From: Ascidiella aspersa | Taxonomy: Eukaryota | Direction: 5' to 3' | Length of the DNA stretch: 64,000 bases | Assembly: GCA_963924565.1 (NCBI GenBank) | Contig: OZ004613.1 | Span: forward strand, 26,846,001 to 26,910,000 | Shown here: piece after piece, positions 1 through 12,699 of the stretch | How positions within the stretch are numbered: the first letter of the stretch is position 1 | Layout of the letters: the number at the start of each line of letters is the position of its first letter | Notes under the pieces: model-generated | The model's database searches: none | What the model was told of the DNA's origin: nothing | What the model saw: only the letters and a program-made list of their open reading frames with translations | Made by a program: the position numbers and the translations under genes

Positions 1-102
1 AATTTCAACTAGAGCATATTGGAGACAACGACAGACAACTTGTTATGAAAAAAAAATCCATAGCCTGCTACCGTTCACCCTTTACCTTTTCTCTAATTTC
101 AG

Positions 103-3100
103 CTGGAAGGAAGAACGACTTTCTCATCGGTGAAAAGTGAAGTTCAATCTACGCAATTTTCGCGGAGGTTAAAAGAGGTCACTTTGGAAGAAGTAGAAGC
201 GGAGCATTCTGCACTCTTAAAACGAAAAGAGGAGAGCTTACAAAATATGTAAGTTCTGAAATACGGATCTTTTTACTATTTTATCTCCCACCAAAGTTTA
301 AAAAACATTAACGCCACGTATACATAACTTGCCCAATATTTAATTTGTTATCCTGTAAATAGTGTATTGTGGGGGTTCCCAAACATTTTCGTCTGCGACC
401 GCTTTTATTCATTAAAATTATGCGCGACCGATTTTAGTGATAAACAGGACATTGCAATTTTAGTGATAAACAGGACAAGCAATGTACACCTTACTTCGAC
501 ATTGTGTTTTGCTTAAGCTTGCCATTTTCAATATATATGTAACATGTGGTGTGAAACAAAAATGGACCTACTACCAATCTCTTAAACCAGGGGTGGGCAC
601 GTGGGTCATATCCGGCCCGCCAACGCAAATCGTCCGGCCCGTAACCTCTTCACAAACTGGGCACGAGGCCAATTCCCCCTATTTCAACTACGAAAAAGCA
701 AATAATTTGTTTGCGCTTTGCGTAAATCTTGTTCTTCCATCGAGTGTTAATTGAAAAATACCCTAGTTTTATCCCTGATCAACTGTCGTTACGGTAATAA
801 TAAGATGCGTAAAGTCTACACAGTTAACATTTAACTGCCCACAGAGACCTTTCTGAGTTTGGTTTCTGTCCGCGACTAGAAAAAGTTGCCCACCTCTGCC
901 TTAAACTATACCCCTAGGTTGGAAAGCTCTGTTATATTGCCATTTCGATTAAAGTCCAGTTTGTCACCAAAGATGTAGTTACACGAAAATTGTTACATAA
1001 AATCACAGAAGGCAGAAAACTGAACTTTATAAAAAACTCAATGATATTTCTACATTAAAAAATTGTTTATTTAATTCTTTTGCAATAAATTTCACTGTGT
1101 GCTTCCGAAGATTTTAATTGTTGTTTGAATTACAAACAGTTTAAAGCGCAAAGAAGTGGATATCAGTTCATACCTTTGTAAAAAAAAAATGAATGGTATT
1201 TTTACGTTTTACTGTGTACTTCCAAATATACCAATTTATTTCAATCTACAAACAGCCTAAAGCGCAAAGAATTGGATCGAATCGGTTCAAGCCTCCAAGA
1301 GAAGAACGCCGGAATGAGGACGGCGCTCGAATCAACCGAAGTCGAACACCAGCAAGTTTTAAACGAGTTCATCTCGGCCAAACGAATGTTTGACGACTAC
1401 CAGCGCAGGGCAAACGAGCTCATTCCCATTATTGCCGCACATAAAAAGGTAAAAAATAGATTCTTTTGCAGCTGTGTGTATTCTGTGATCGAGCGCCTCT
1501 AAATTTATACTGGCCACATTATATAGTATTCCTGATACCTTCGAAAAGGCTTAACGAAATCAATCAGCTCTAATCAGGGTTATATTGCAAGCAAGGTCAG
1601 GCTGGAAAAACAACTAGCTAGCAGTGAGGTTCGAACTTACGACCTCGGCCATACCGACACAGTCGCTTCACCAACAGAACTACATCGGTTTAGTGGAACT
1701 GGTCAAGAAACAACCGTAGTACCGTTGCGTGTTGTATTGTGCTCATATATGCAACTTCATATTAAAGGGATTAACAGCCCGCTAAGTAACTTTAACGTTC
1801 GCATACGCAATCTGTATTCTTTGATCAAGTCCGTATGTCGTACTGGCCAACGACAGTGGCAGACTTGATGTAGTACACCGGGTGCCTTCGGAAAGGCTCA
1901 TCGAAATCAACCAGTCTAATCAGGGAAGTAGTGTAAGCAAGGCCTGGCTAGAAAAACAACTAGCCTGCGGTGAGGTTCGAACTCACGACCTCCGTCCACA
2001 CCAAAGCTTTTATCACAAAAACGTGGATTTGCTTCCCTGAAAATTATGACGTTGATATAAATTGAAAGGCTACGTTTTGCGCTAAACCAAAGGCAACATT
2101 TCGTATATTTTCCAGCTAATTGTTTCTGATTTCGATTCTCCACTTGTTTAAAAAAGTAAAATGTTTTGATAAACTTCCTATAACTGTTTCACTACTTGTA
2201 ATAAACTATAAGCAACACAAGAAGAGTACAATAAATCTTGTCAAACGAACACTGATATTGGACAATAACAACACTTCTTACTTAGAACTACCAACGTATA
2301 AATGTATACAAGATATAGTATATATTATATATGTTTGTAACAGCACTTATGATTTGCCTTTGTTTGTGTTTTTTGTTTTTACTTGTCACTGTACTCTGTG
2401 TTTCGTTCAGGCCAGTCAAGACCTTGAGAAGAAATACAAGTCCAAGATGGAGACGTTACGCTTGGTGCGCGAAAAACACTTCACACTGAAGAAGGAAGCC
2501 AATACAGTAAAAACGAAGTAAGTGTTACAGTCAAATACAAGCGCATATTGTGTTAGTGGGGTCAGCACGTCACGGTCAAAGCAATTTTTTATGTTAAGGC
2601 AAGAATGGTTGTTGAGCTCAGTAATCATATAATTTGAATATTTGATCAGTGGCTCTTCTTAGTTTTTTTAACCCTGAGATAAACTTAATACAAAGTACGA
2701 CCTGTTATACATCTGTATAATTAAACAACAAAAATATTGTTGCCCGAATTGTATCATTTTTACATCTAGTTTAGGAGTCCTATACTGATACTCTATATTT
2801 TTGGCGATGAAAGACTTAATCCGATACCAAATGGCGCCATTACTATAAACTTTAAAGCAAAATTAATTAAACTGTTAATGGTAATGTTTTCCAAGTTATT
2901 AGGACAAAATTTGTTTTTGCTTCAGGAAGTATATTATTTATTTTCGATTTTTAATGCTTTTTGTAAAATTTCTTGAGAAATTCACATTTAAGGTAGAAAG
3001 CATTGCGTAAAAGGCTAAAATGTAGAATTGATTTGGTATTGGATCGGCGCCGATACGACCCATGTTTGAACAAGCTGCAATACTATCACATGGCTTTTGG

Positions 3101-3604
3101 TATGTGCCCATCGGATATTATCTGACATCTTAAGTTAGGACAATGGCATATAGGGATGTCCAATACTTGATATTTTGTTGCGATACGGATACTCAATATT
3201 TGGGGTAAAACGTTTTGCGATCAAATACCAAATGACGTCATTGCCATGCTTCAACAAGCAAAACAGTTGAAATTGATGCATCGAGGCCATTTTTTGAAGT
3301 AATTAGGCTAAAATTTGCTTTAATCTATTTGTTAATTTGGTATTGGATCGGCACCGATCCAATATTATCGTACATTCCTGAAGACTGTACAGCACAAATC
3401 AATCGGACAATGTTTCTCAGATTGGAAACCGAAGTGAACGAAGTCAAAAGTGCCGAGCAGCGTCGAATCCAGCTCCTCGAAGCCCGACTCAAAAAAGGCC
3501 AAATGATGCTGACGTCATTGCAAGCGCAGCTCAAGGACAAGGTCACGGAAAACGAGGAGCTGACCAAGATATGCGACGAGTTATTCGCCAACGCCGACAA
3601 ATGA
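103..3604 (+). CDS. TACC: TACC-family (transforming acidic coiled-coil) protein, 3' part; 5' exons lie upstream of the window
   Basis: Exons 103-248, 1256-1448, 2411-2517 and 3421-3604 all have AG/GT boundaries and compatible phases (209 aa). The C-terminus ...LQAQLKDKVTENEELTKICDELFANADK* matches the TACC-domain end (vertebrate EQKTKENEELTRICDDLI), and the upstream exons are heptad-like. Confidence 0.8.
588..898. mobile_element. hAT-type MITE
   Basis: TIRs CAGGGGTGGGCA / TGCCCACCTCTG; 8-bp TSD tcttaaac/ccttaaac (7/8). Confidence 0.8.
1511..1735 (-). mobile_element. tRNA-derived SINE-like repeat
   Basis: Reverse strand reads GTAGTTCTGTTGGTGAAGCG (A-box-like) ... GAGGTCGTAAGTTCGAACCTCAC (B-box-like), followed by a body shared with 1868-1995 and 29871-30049. 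Confidence 0.75.
1868..1995 (-). mobile_element. tRNA-derived SINE-like repeat, 5'-truncated copy
   Basis: Clear homology to 1540-1648 (..aatcaggg..aagcaagg..ggct.gaaaaacaactagc..gtgaggttcgaact.acgacctc). Confidence 0.7.
2767..3378. mobile_element. Two adjacent degenerate MITE copies (TAGGGATG-ended, CGATAC-rich)
   Basis: Shared blocks ataccaaatg(g/a)cg.catt and atttggtattggatcggc.ccgat occur twice here and in reverse at ~50367-50670. Confidence 0.55.
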
Positions 3605-5845
3605 CAAACAGGCAAAAATCGCGCAGACGCAACTGTGCTGCTGCTGAAGTCCTGAAACAACACCCTTGTGGGGTGGAGTTTTAAAGAGAGCAAGTGGTCG
3701 TTTCCACCTGTTAGAAAATAGGTGGCTTTTCATGCAAAACAATGCGTGGTCAACGGTACTCTATAATATGATAGACGTTGCACTGTATGTTGTTGAACAT
3801 AGTATATTTCATTGCTTAACTATACTCGAAATAGTACAAGGTATTAATAGATGTTTTTACATCGTTTGAAACTGTAAGTAAATTTGCATTTGTAGGTTAT
3901 ATAAATACTTAAAACACTACAGGGTAATACTATAAATTTAATGTTACAGGATTGTTTAAGGGTTTATTTGCATTTGTAAGTGTACTTTTTTGGCTATAAT
4001 CCTAAATACTGCTGAATCGTTAAGTTTCTTAAAATTGTTTGGTGTTGCAACTTACCAGATATTGATTTTGCTTGCTGCCAGTTACGGTCTGCTGTTAGTT
4101 GCTTAGAGATTTTGCATAGCTGCAAAGCAAAGTTTACTTCATAACTTCGAAGTTTAATAAATGAATTACAAAGTAATGCGCATAATAACTCCATTATTTT
4201 GCTACAAAAACAAGCTCGTTTTCTGATTAACTTTATTGTGGACGAACGAAATACTGGGCTTGGCACTCTATTTTATTGCTTTATGTCAATCGTCAACTCT
4301 TGCTTTAAGGTTTGTTAAGTTATGTTTGTAAAGTCTGCATAAACAACTTGCTAAAAAGTTACTTCCTTGGGTTAAACGATTTCTTTAACTGGAAAAACTC
4401 ACTTTCCTTTTGACTGGAAAAAAGTACTTTTACAATTGCACTGTGATAATGAAATGCATAATGCATGTGTCATAACCGTAATGAACGAAGGTCCACGTTA
4501 TACTTTTATTTTTAGTTTTCTTTATTCATGTGCCTTATTTTCTGTACATGTCATAAGTGCAGCCGCTGATTAAAAAGCAAAGGCTGATTGGCTTTGCTGT
4601 AGTTTGATGCTTACCAAATCTCATTTCGTTTTTTGGTCTTTTTTTCAATTTTTGTTCCTTTTTCATGAAATATATTACAAATCGTAATCGTTTGGGTTAT
4701 AAATAGCTAGCATATAGCAATATTGCAGATTAAATTAATTGCAAAAATGCACTAAAGCTGTTTTTTTTTCTAGTTTACAGTAAGCTACATAATTGAATTT
4801 TGACTTTTTAATTAAAAAAATGTGGAGAACAGATAAAACTAAAAAATGCAATTGTGTATACACATTCAATAGAAGCTGTAAACATGGTTGATTCAACACA
4901 TTTTATAAACATTAACATGGCGCCTTACTTAGTTAGCCCAACTTATTTGAAACTGAATCCGGCTGAATTTTTTTAGTTTCTATTGCTAGTTAACAGTATG
5001 TAATTCAGATACATGTAACACAAATTTGTCTCTAATTTGGTTAACAAACTTGTTAATATTAACCAAATCTAAGTAAAACTAATTTTATGTTAAATTAAAC
5101 TTGACCTCTCTGAAAACCACCTCTGCATGTAGGTAGGTAAGGTCTTCTTACTCTGGTAAACAGGCCTCCATAGTAAATTTAAAACATGAAATTTTTTTCT
5201 AAGTTTCAAAGCAAAACTTGTAGTTAAGTATCACAATGGTTACAGATTCCTTTTTTGACTAATTAAACAGGTATCTAACTAATATTATAACAAATATCCC
5301 TGCAAAAATAATCCTATATATTTTAAGCAAGATACAAACGCCATATGTAGTACATTTGTGTATTTCATGCAATCAATTTTGGCAAATATCCATGGGCACA
5401 AAACAGTGTTTAATGTAAGTACCAAATGGTATACAAAACTAGTGTATATATACTTTAAGGCAGCCATAAGCAAAACATATAAATTTAAAGGTATTGCAGA
5501 AATGTAATAATGGCATTTAGTTAGATAAAACATACATAAATTAGGACAACACAAATTATAAATATTTATACAGATCAAGTGCATAATGCTATATTTTGAA
5601 CTACAGTTAAACTAAACTACCAAAGATGAATAAAATTGTCTTATACAGTAGAAACCCTAATAAGGACGGAAGAGCAGAAATAAAAGTATTTAAATAGTAA
5701 GGGGTAAAATTCAATTTACATTAACACCTTTAATAACGAAGTTTTACTATAAAAATACCACTTGTTAGTTGTTTTACTCTACTGCTGGAATTGGGTAACA
5801 ACACATAAATTATGAACTTCAAAAAATGAACACAACATGGTTTGT

Positions 5846-7525
5846 TTATGTAATCACAGTTGGACTTTCGCGGCCAGTCAGTTCAGGAATTTGCGAGACG
5901 CTGAGAGCAATTTGAACCAGAGGATTAAGAACATCGGAAGCTGCTGATGTCAGAATTGAATCTTCTTTTGCAACGTAGCTATCGACGTACATACGAATGG
6001 TGGCACCACTACTACCAGTTCCGCTAAGGCGAAAAATGATTCTCGACCCGTCGGTGAAAATGATTCGGATTCCCTGTTTTTCTGTGACCACTTTATCGAT
6101 TGGGTCCACGTAGCGGTAGTTATCAACCTTTTCAACTGTGTACGATTTTCCAGCGCCAGTTAGTACCTTCCCACAAAGCGAGTTGTCGTTTATCGCAGCC
6201 GTGAGATTCTCCATCATTGTATTGGCGGCTTTGCTATCGACCTGTTCATAGTCGTACCTTGTGAAGCAATTTCTTCCGTACTTCTTCCAGTGGCCTATAA
6301 TGACGTCCTCGACGGACAGCTTTGTATGCGCAATGATTGACAGCCAGGCGAGGGCAGCCCACATACCGTCTTTCTCACGAATGTGGTTAGAACCAGTTCC
6401 AAAGCTCTCTTCTCCACACAGAGCAATCTTCCCTGCATCCATCAGGTTCCCAAAGAACTTCCATCCGGTCGGAACTTCGAACAGAGGAAGGCCGGTACCC
6501 TTGGCAACCTGATCAAGCGCTCCACTAGTGGGCATACTCCGTGCAAAACCGGTCATTGGATTCTGGACAAAATAAGGAATTGCTTCATAATTTGCAGCGA
6601 TAACAGCTAAAGAGTCGCATGGAGAAACAAAGAAGCCATTCTTTCCGATAATCATGTTCCTGTCACCGTCACCATCAAACGCAACACCGAAATCATGCTC
6701 TCCCTTCTTCATTTCATTCACAAGGTCAGCGGCATAAGTGAGGTTCGGGTCTGGATGACCTCCCCCAAAGTCCTCCAATGGAATGCTGTGGATACAGGCG
6801 TCTTTATTTGCTGAAAGCTCATCACAGATTATTTGGGTTGCGTAGGGACCCATCACACCATGAAGGGAATCAAATCGAACTTTAAAGCTGCCGTCCTTTA
6901 TCAAATCACGGATGGCATCAAAGTTGAAAATACTTTTCATCATTTCGACGTAATCCTGCACACTGCTGACAACTTCAACCTGGAAGCTACGTCCGCCAAC
7001 TGTAAATGAGTGACTGCCAACCTTTTCAATGTCAACATTGAGCGCTTCGCAAAAATTGAAACTCGTCAAAGATTTGGAGACGGCGTAAATCTTATCGGTT
7101 ACACTCGAAGGAGCAGGGCCTCCATTTGCAGTATTAAACTTAATTCCAAAGTCGGCATTCGGACCTCCCGGATTGTGGCTTGCTGTGAGAATAATTCCAC
7201 CAACAGCCTTGTATTTCCGAATGAGACACGAAATAGCCGGGGTGGAAAAGATTCCCGACAGGCCGATTATAAGCTTGCCAACGCCATTTCCCGCAGCTAT
7301 TTTAATGATCTTCTGCACGGATTCCTTCATGTAGTAACGGCCATCGCCGCCGACTATCAAAGTACAGCCCTCCCTCTGCGAATCGTCGATACTGGACAAA
7401 ATGGCCTGGATAAAGTTCTCGGTATAGTTCGGCTTGCTGAGAAACACCTGGGTGCCTTTGCGAAGTCCGCTGGTGCCTGGTTTCTGGTCGTCAAAAGGCG
7501 TTGTTTGGACTTGTTTTACCTCCAT
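5846..7525 (-). CDS. PGM1: Phosphoglucomutase-1, single coding exon (559 aa)
   Basis: Uninterrupted ORF with N-terminal [11 protein letters not shown], catalytic phosphoserine loop TASHNP, metal loop FDGDGDR, sugar-binding [16 protein letters not shown] and C-terminal PTVIT. Confidence 0.97.
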   Translation of the reverse strand: MEVKQVQTTPFDDQKPGTSGLRKGTQVFLSKPNYTENFIQAILSSIDDSQREGCTLIVGGDGRYYMKESVQKIIKIAAGNGVGKLIIGLSGIFSTPAISCLIRKYKAVGGIILTASHNPGGPNADFGIKFNTANGGPAPSSVTDKIYAVSKSLTSFNFCEALNVDIEKVGSHSFTVGGRSFQVEVVSSVQDYVEMMKSIFNFDAIRDLIKDGSFKVRFDSLHGVMGPYATQIICDELSANKDACIHSIPLEDFGGGHPDPNLTYAADLVNEMKKGEHDFGVAFDGDGDRNMIIGKNGFFVSPCDSLAVIAANYEAIPYFVQNPMTGFARSMPTSGALDQVAKGTGLPLFEVPTGWKFFGNLMDAGKIALCGEESFGTGSNHIREKDGMWAALAWLSIIAHTKLSVEDVIIGHWKKYGRNCFTRYDYEQVDSKAANTMMENLTAAINDNSLCGKVLTGAGKSYTVEKVDNYRYVDPIDKVVTEKQGIRIIFTDGSRIIFRLSGTGSSGATIRMYVDSYVAKEDSILTSAASDVLNPLVQIALSVSQIPELTGRESPTVIT

Positions 7526-8188
7526 GTTTCACGTTCAGTTCGATTTGTAGACGAAAACAACAGGGCTTTTCAATTTTGTGCTGATGTTAATGAGGTAATA
7601 TGACGACGTGACAACAGTCAGTCACCGCAAAAGTTGATCAACCGGTTAATCTCGTAAATGACGCTAAATACCAAGGGTAATTTTCGGGTTTTCGTTGTTA
7701 TTTTATCTAATTATAGATTTAAAAAAAGATAACATGCGTTAATTTATATTTTACACCCCAAAGAAAACATTGTGGTTTAATTCAGTTTGAGTAACTTAGT
7801 TAAAGAAAGGCAAAAACAAACAGCATTCATTTTTACATGTAACCCTGACGTACAAACTTTACTGAAGTACAGTAAAAATATTTAATTTATTAATTTAAAA
7901 TTAGGCAACTAGTTTTGCGAGGATTTGAAAGAAAAAGGTGTAAAATAATAGTGTGAAATAGTCAGTGATTCGTTATCTACGATTCTAAACATTTCTTGAA
8001 AAAGCGTTTAAAAAACGCTGAAGCTAGTTTCAAACATAACTTCCAAAATTAAAAAGTCACCCGGCAAGGAGCAGAGAATTTGTTATTCAAAGAGTTTGAA
8101 TGAATTGATATTCTTTGCATGGAGTCTAGTCATCGCACGATTTCGGTTTTGTTGACGTTACCATCCTTTTTATTGATGTAGTAATTAC

Positions 8189-9083
8189 CAGTATTGTAAT
8201 AAGTCAATGGCTTGACTTGAGTGCATTTAAGTCACTGTTTTCAAATGACTTGACATTTGAAGTTTTGAACGAATGACTAGATTTGGACTTAAGTCATTTA
8301 CAAAAATGACTTCACCTATGCTAAGTTGCTTTAACTAAATACCTTTTAGTGAAATTTGGTTATTTTAGCTTTATTTTTCAATAGGGGGCGAGCATGGCCA
8401 CCGACCACCGTACTATCTGAACTTCACTAAATCTAAGGTAAACAAACTGCCATTGCATTTCTAAGTGCAAACTGTCAGGTCGATTATAGATTTATTGTTC
8501 ATTCCAAAAATTCATCACAGCTCCGCTTTCACTAAAACAACTTACAGCGCAGTAAAACACGTCTCGCCAGTATGGCGTTCATAGCTTTGTTTCCAACTGC
8601 AGTTGAGTTTTTCCAGCATCCGCGATATATAGCACAAAAGTGACTGAGTAGGGATTAGCTGCATCACATGCCGACGGAGTCAGTAGGACATACGGGAAAA
8701 AGGAAGTATGGAATAACGATATAAAACATTCATTCTAAACACGCTCAACACACAAGTTAAATAAAAAAATACAGATGCTCGCTCTCTGAAAAGCCCTATA
8801 TTAAATGTAATAAATTTTAACTTTTAATTTATTTGTTTAGATTTTGTGTTTGTCTTGCAAAATATTGGTCAAAATCGAACGTGTTTACCATTGGTGGAAG
8901 TTTGTTATTAATTTTTGATGCCAATGATGTGACTTGAAATTGACTTGCGTCAATAATGACTTTGACTGGGACTTGTCTCGATATTTGTTGAAAATGTCTT
9001 GACTTGTACCAACTACCAGGTTACTTTGCGTTTGACTTGACTTGAACTTGAGTTGTTTCCCAAATGACTTGTTTACAACAATG
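8189..9083. mobile_element. Non-autonomous hAT element with GACTT subterminal repeats
   Basis: TIRs CAGTATTGTAA / TTACAACAATG; 8-bp TSD gtaattac/gtaaatac (7/8); many tgactt repeats at both ends; a related copy lies at ~42700-43325. Confidence 0.75.
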
Positions 9084-10746
9084 GTAAATACTTACCAATA
9101 ATAGGCTTTAGTACTTAAGTCGTAAAAAGCTTCACTATTAATTGTCTTTTGTCAATCGACGTTTACTGCAAAATTTGTCGTAGTTGCACCATTAAGTTTG
9201 TCAAATTTATCAGATTTTATCACCACAGAATATATTTTGCGCTTCTGTAGAGGTAAAAGTATTAAATAAATAAAAAAGCTAAACAAGAAAAGTTTTTTGC
9301 TGAACACAGATGCACTTGACAAGAACATTTACCATCTGGAAATGACATTCTCTTCGTTTGTTGACAACAACAAATATAGGCCTAATAACACCAATGATAC
9401 TATAAACTATATCAATGATAACACAAGGTCATTATTTTTTATTTCTTTGTCCGTTTTAATTTAAACAATACATAGTAATACCTAACCGTTTTGAAATAAA
9501 AAAACACTTACAAGATATTTTCTAAAAATATGGGCATATTTTTAACCGTTAAGTGGCGCAGTGAAGCAGCAAGAAGCAAAACTGAAAAGGGGTTCGGGTT
9601 TTCTAAGGAGGCTCAGTGGGTTACATAAAAAAAACGTGCAAAAATTCTGCGCTGGCGGAGAGACGGAGATTTATTGGTGCACCGGCTTGTAATGGACTAA
9701 TGGCAATTAATTATTCAAACAAGAATCTTCTGGGAATTTAACCGTTGGCACTGGACGGTTCGCTTCGACGTCGTGAAACTGACTGTTGTTCGTGAAAAAC
9801 TTTGTTTTAAATCTGAGTGAGTTTTGATTTCACTGAGGCTAACTAACACATGTAAAATATCAGATCAGCAACAATAATGCCGATATTCAATATCTTAAAA
9901 ACTTGTTGCACATAATTGTTTTTTTTTTACATAATCTGCCCTTTTTTTTTTAAATGTAAGTAGACTACTTTTTTGTTTTTAACTTTTTATAATATTTTTT
10001 GTTTACAGTATAATGCGAACGACTCTTCATGTTTACAGAAACACAAAACACAAAACCTAAAATGTATTTTGTTTAATAGGGCCAAAATGTAGGCCTAAAC
10101 CTACAGCCATTGTATAATTAATTGAAAATTTGTTTGAAATTTTATTCCGAAAATTCCGGTTTGAAACGGCGTCAACCTGTCGCTTAACGAATTGCCTAAT
10201 TTATCTTGAGATATAATCTGACTGAGTGTTGTGAAAATCCTTATCTTGGTTAGCCTACTGCTGTGTTTGGTCATGGCTATGTTCCCAAGAACGCTGTCAA
10301 TTTGTCCCAGTGGTGCTGTGTATTTGTTTTGTTATTTTTGTCCAAATAAACAAATCCTGCCTGTAGCTCCTGTAACAGTGTTAAGATTTTTAAATAGCTG
10401 AAAAACTTTAGCAAAGTAACTTTAGTAAATCACATTACAGGTACTCTTTCATATGTTGTAACTGGTTTTTAACGAAATAACAAGTTCTCTTTAGGTAGCG
10501 CAAGATTTACGAATTTGTTACAAAACTAAATGATGTGATGATTATTATTTAAGGCGTTGCATTTAAAATATATATCATTATGTTTTATTCTTCTGAAACA
10601 AAGAAATTAACCGAAGTCTTTTGAGAGTGGAATAAAGTTTGTTAAGCTGTGAAATAAATAAGGCGCTCGAAGGTTAACATTTTTAGTTCTGTTTCATTCG
10701 GATCATGTTATGTTCCAAGCAGCTAAGGAACTTATAGGCGCTAGAA

Positions 10747-10873
10747 CAATGGTTCTTAACCGGGACACCAACAAATTCTTAGAGGGGCAAGCTCTACTTT
10801 ACTTTAATATTCAACTCAAGGCACAAGGCAATTACAAAAGCGTACGCGGTAGAAAAAGGGTTAAGAACCACTG
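10747..10873. mobile_element. Short hAT-type MITE
   Basis: TIRs CAATGGTTCTTAACC / GGTTAAGAACCACTG; TSD cgctagaa/ctctagaa. Confidence 0.75.
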
Positions 10874-12699
10874 CTCTAGAAAGTCTGTTTTCTCGCACGG
10901 CTGAAAAGGTATTGATTGAAACTTGTGGACAAATAAAAAAGAATGTGGACTTCGTGTGGTCCAGTCTGATTAAAACTCGACACGCAAAAAACGTATTTAG
11001 TTGCGAAACTAGTAAAGCGAGCGTTTTCCGTTTTACATCTTTCGATTAAATGACACTTTTTTTAGTATTGCTTTACCCAATAATCCGGTAGTCTGAAAAA
11101 AGTACGCTTGACTTCGAGCCAAAAGATATTTTTTTTAATTTTGTAAAATGTAAACACAATTTTTAGGGTTTATTTTAACGATTTATCCACTAATACAAAT
11201 AACCATAGGCGTTTGCCAAAGCTAAAAAAGTATTTTTTTTTATTTGAACGCAAAATTAGATTTTGTATATGAAAGAGATCTTGGCAATCAGCACTTAATA
11301 GAAAATAATTTTTCGAAGGCCATTTTTTTCCTTTAGCGAATTTTTTTTCTTAAGTGTAACATAACGGATAGACAATGTCGAAACAGAATTGCAACACCAG
11401 TCTATCACCTGGTATCGGCGCTTAGCCATTTAAGGTTAAGCCTTGAGGCTCATTTACGGCCTAATCCGAAATTATCCTGTCTGGTCCGAAAATAAATCGT
11501 CGGCGCATTGTTTACGAGCCAATTTCGCCGGACGCACGCGCGGCTATTGTTGCGTCACATACCACATTGATAAGGTGTGAAACTATGAACCGAACAGTTC
11601 CTAACAGTTGCTGTCGTCAAGCGTTTTCACCTGGTAGCTCCCTTTTTTCGTTTTTGAAACGATTTGGGACCTCATAAAGTTTCTAACGGGAAATATAAAC
11701 AACAATTACTCCAAAGTGTAATTTAAATTAATCAGCAAATTCATTGAAAAGTAGTTAGGCTGACAAAATTAAAATTCTCAGGGACTCCAGTTTGAGAATG
11801 TCTGATTTATTACTTTTAAGTCTTTGAGTTGCGAAATAATGTCTTAAACACTTTTTATGTAAACTTGGTTGGTTGAATATTCAACAAAACATTAACTTTA
11901 GTTAACAAGGATACTCTTTTGGGTTTGTTTTGAGAATATAGCGACAATTAAAATCCTAAGGGACTCCAGTTTTAGAACGTCTGGTTTATTACTGTCAAGT
12001 CTTTAAATAGCTAAATTGTGTCTTTCACATTTTTTATTAACTTGATTGAGTGAATGATCAATAGAAAATATTCACTTTTCAAAACTTAACAAGAATACTA
12101 TTTTTGTGTAGTTTTAATCGATTTTTAGGTGAAAAAACAGGAAAATTGTTGTTGCCGATTTGATTGCACCAACGTGAAGTGAGTGGCCACTACGAGACGG
12201 AAAGTTCATTTTTTCGTACGCGCTACGCATTTGAGCGACACGTCATACTCAAAGGTTTCTCGAAAGGTCGTCCACTTTGTAATCCTTTAATCACCAGCCA
12301 ACTTTTAATTTCGCATCCAATTTTGTCTCTCGCGTTTCGCGCAGGACTTTTCTGTTCAAAAAATTTCGCGATTTGACGAGTCAAACTGAAGTAGAGATCT
12401 CACATTATATCGTTTTGAAACCGATACCCGATAACAAATTTATAAACCTTCGATTGGTGGTTATTGATCTTAAACAGCATTTTTCACCTGAAAAGAAAAT
12501 TAATAAATAGAGAGTGTTGGCACTAAAAGGTATCTGAATTTAACCGCTAAGGCTAATTATAGTTTAATAACATGATTAGCATCGTTTTTAGTCTTCATTT
12601 TTTTTGTTTATTTTGTCTTAAAAGTGAATGGCCTAGTATAGGGAACGGATCGGGTATCAGTTAAAATAAAAATGCTGTACTTTACTGAAATATCGTGCA

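Noticed and set aside
5846-7525. Horizontal transfer of PGM from bacteria
   Set aside because: Protein length, termini and motifs look like typical animal PGM1; lack of introns alone is not evidence of transfer.
8400-8800. Transposase remnant inside the hAT element
   Set aside because: No ORF or recognisable hAT dimerisation or catalytic motif could be read by eye.
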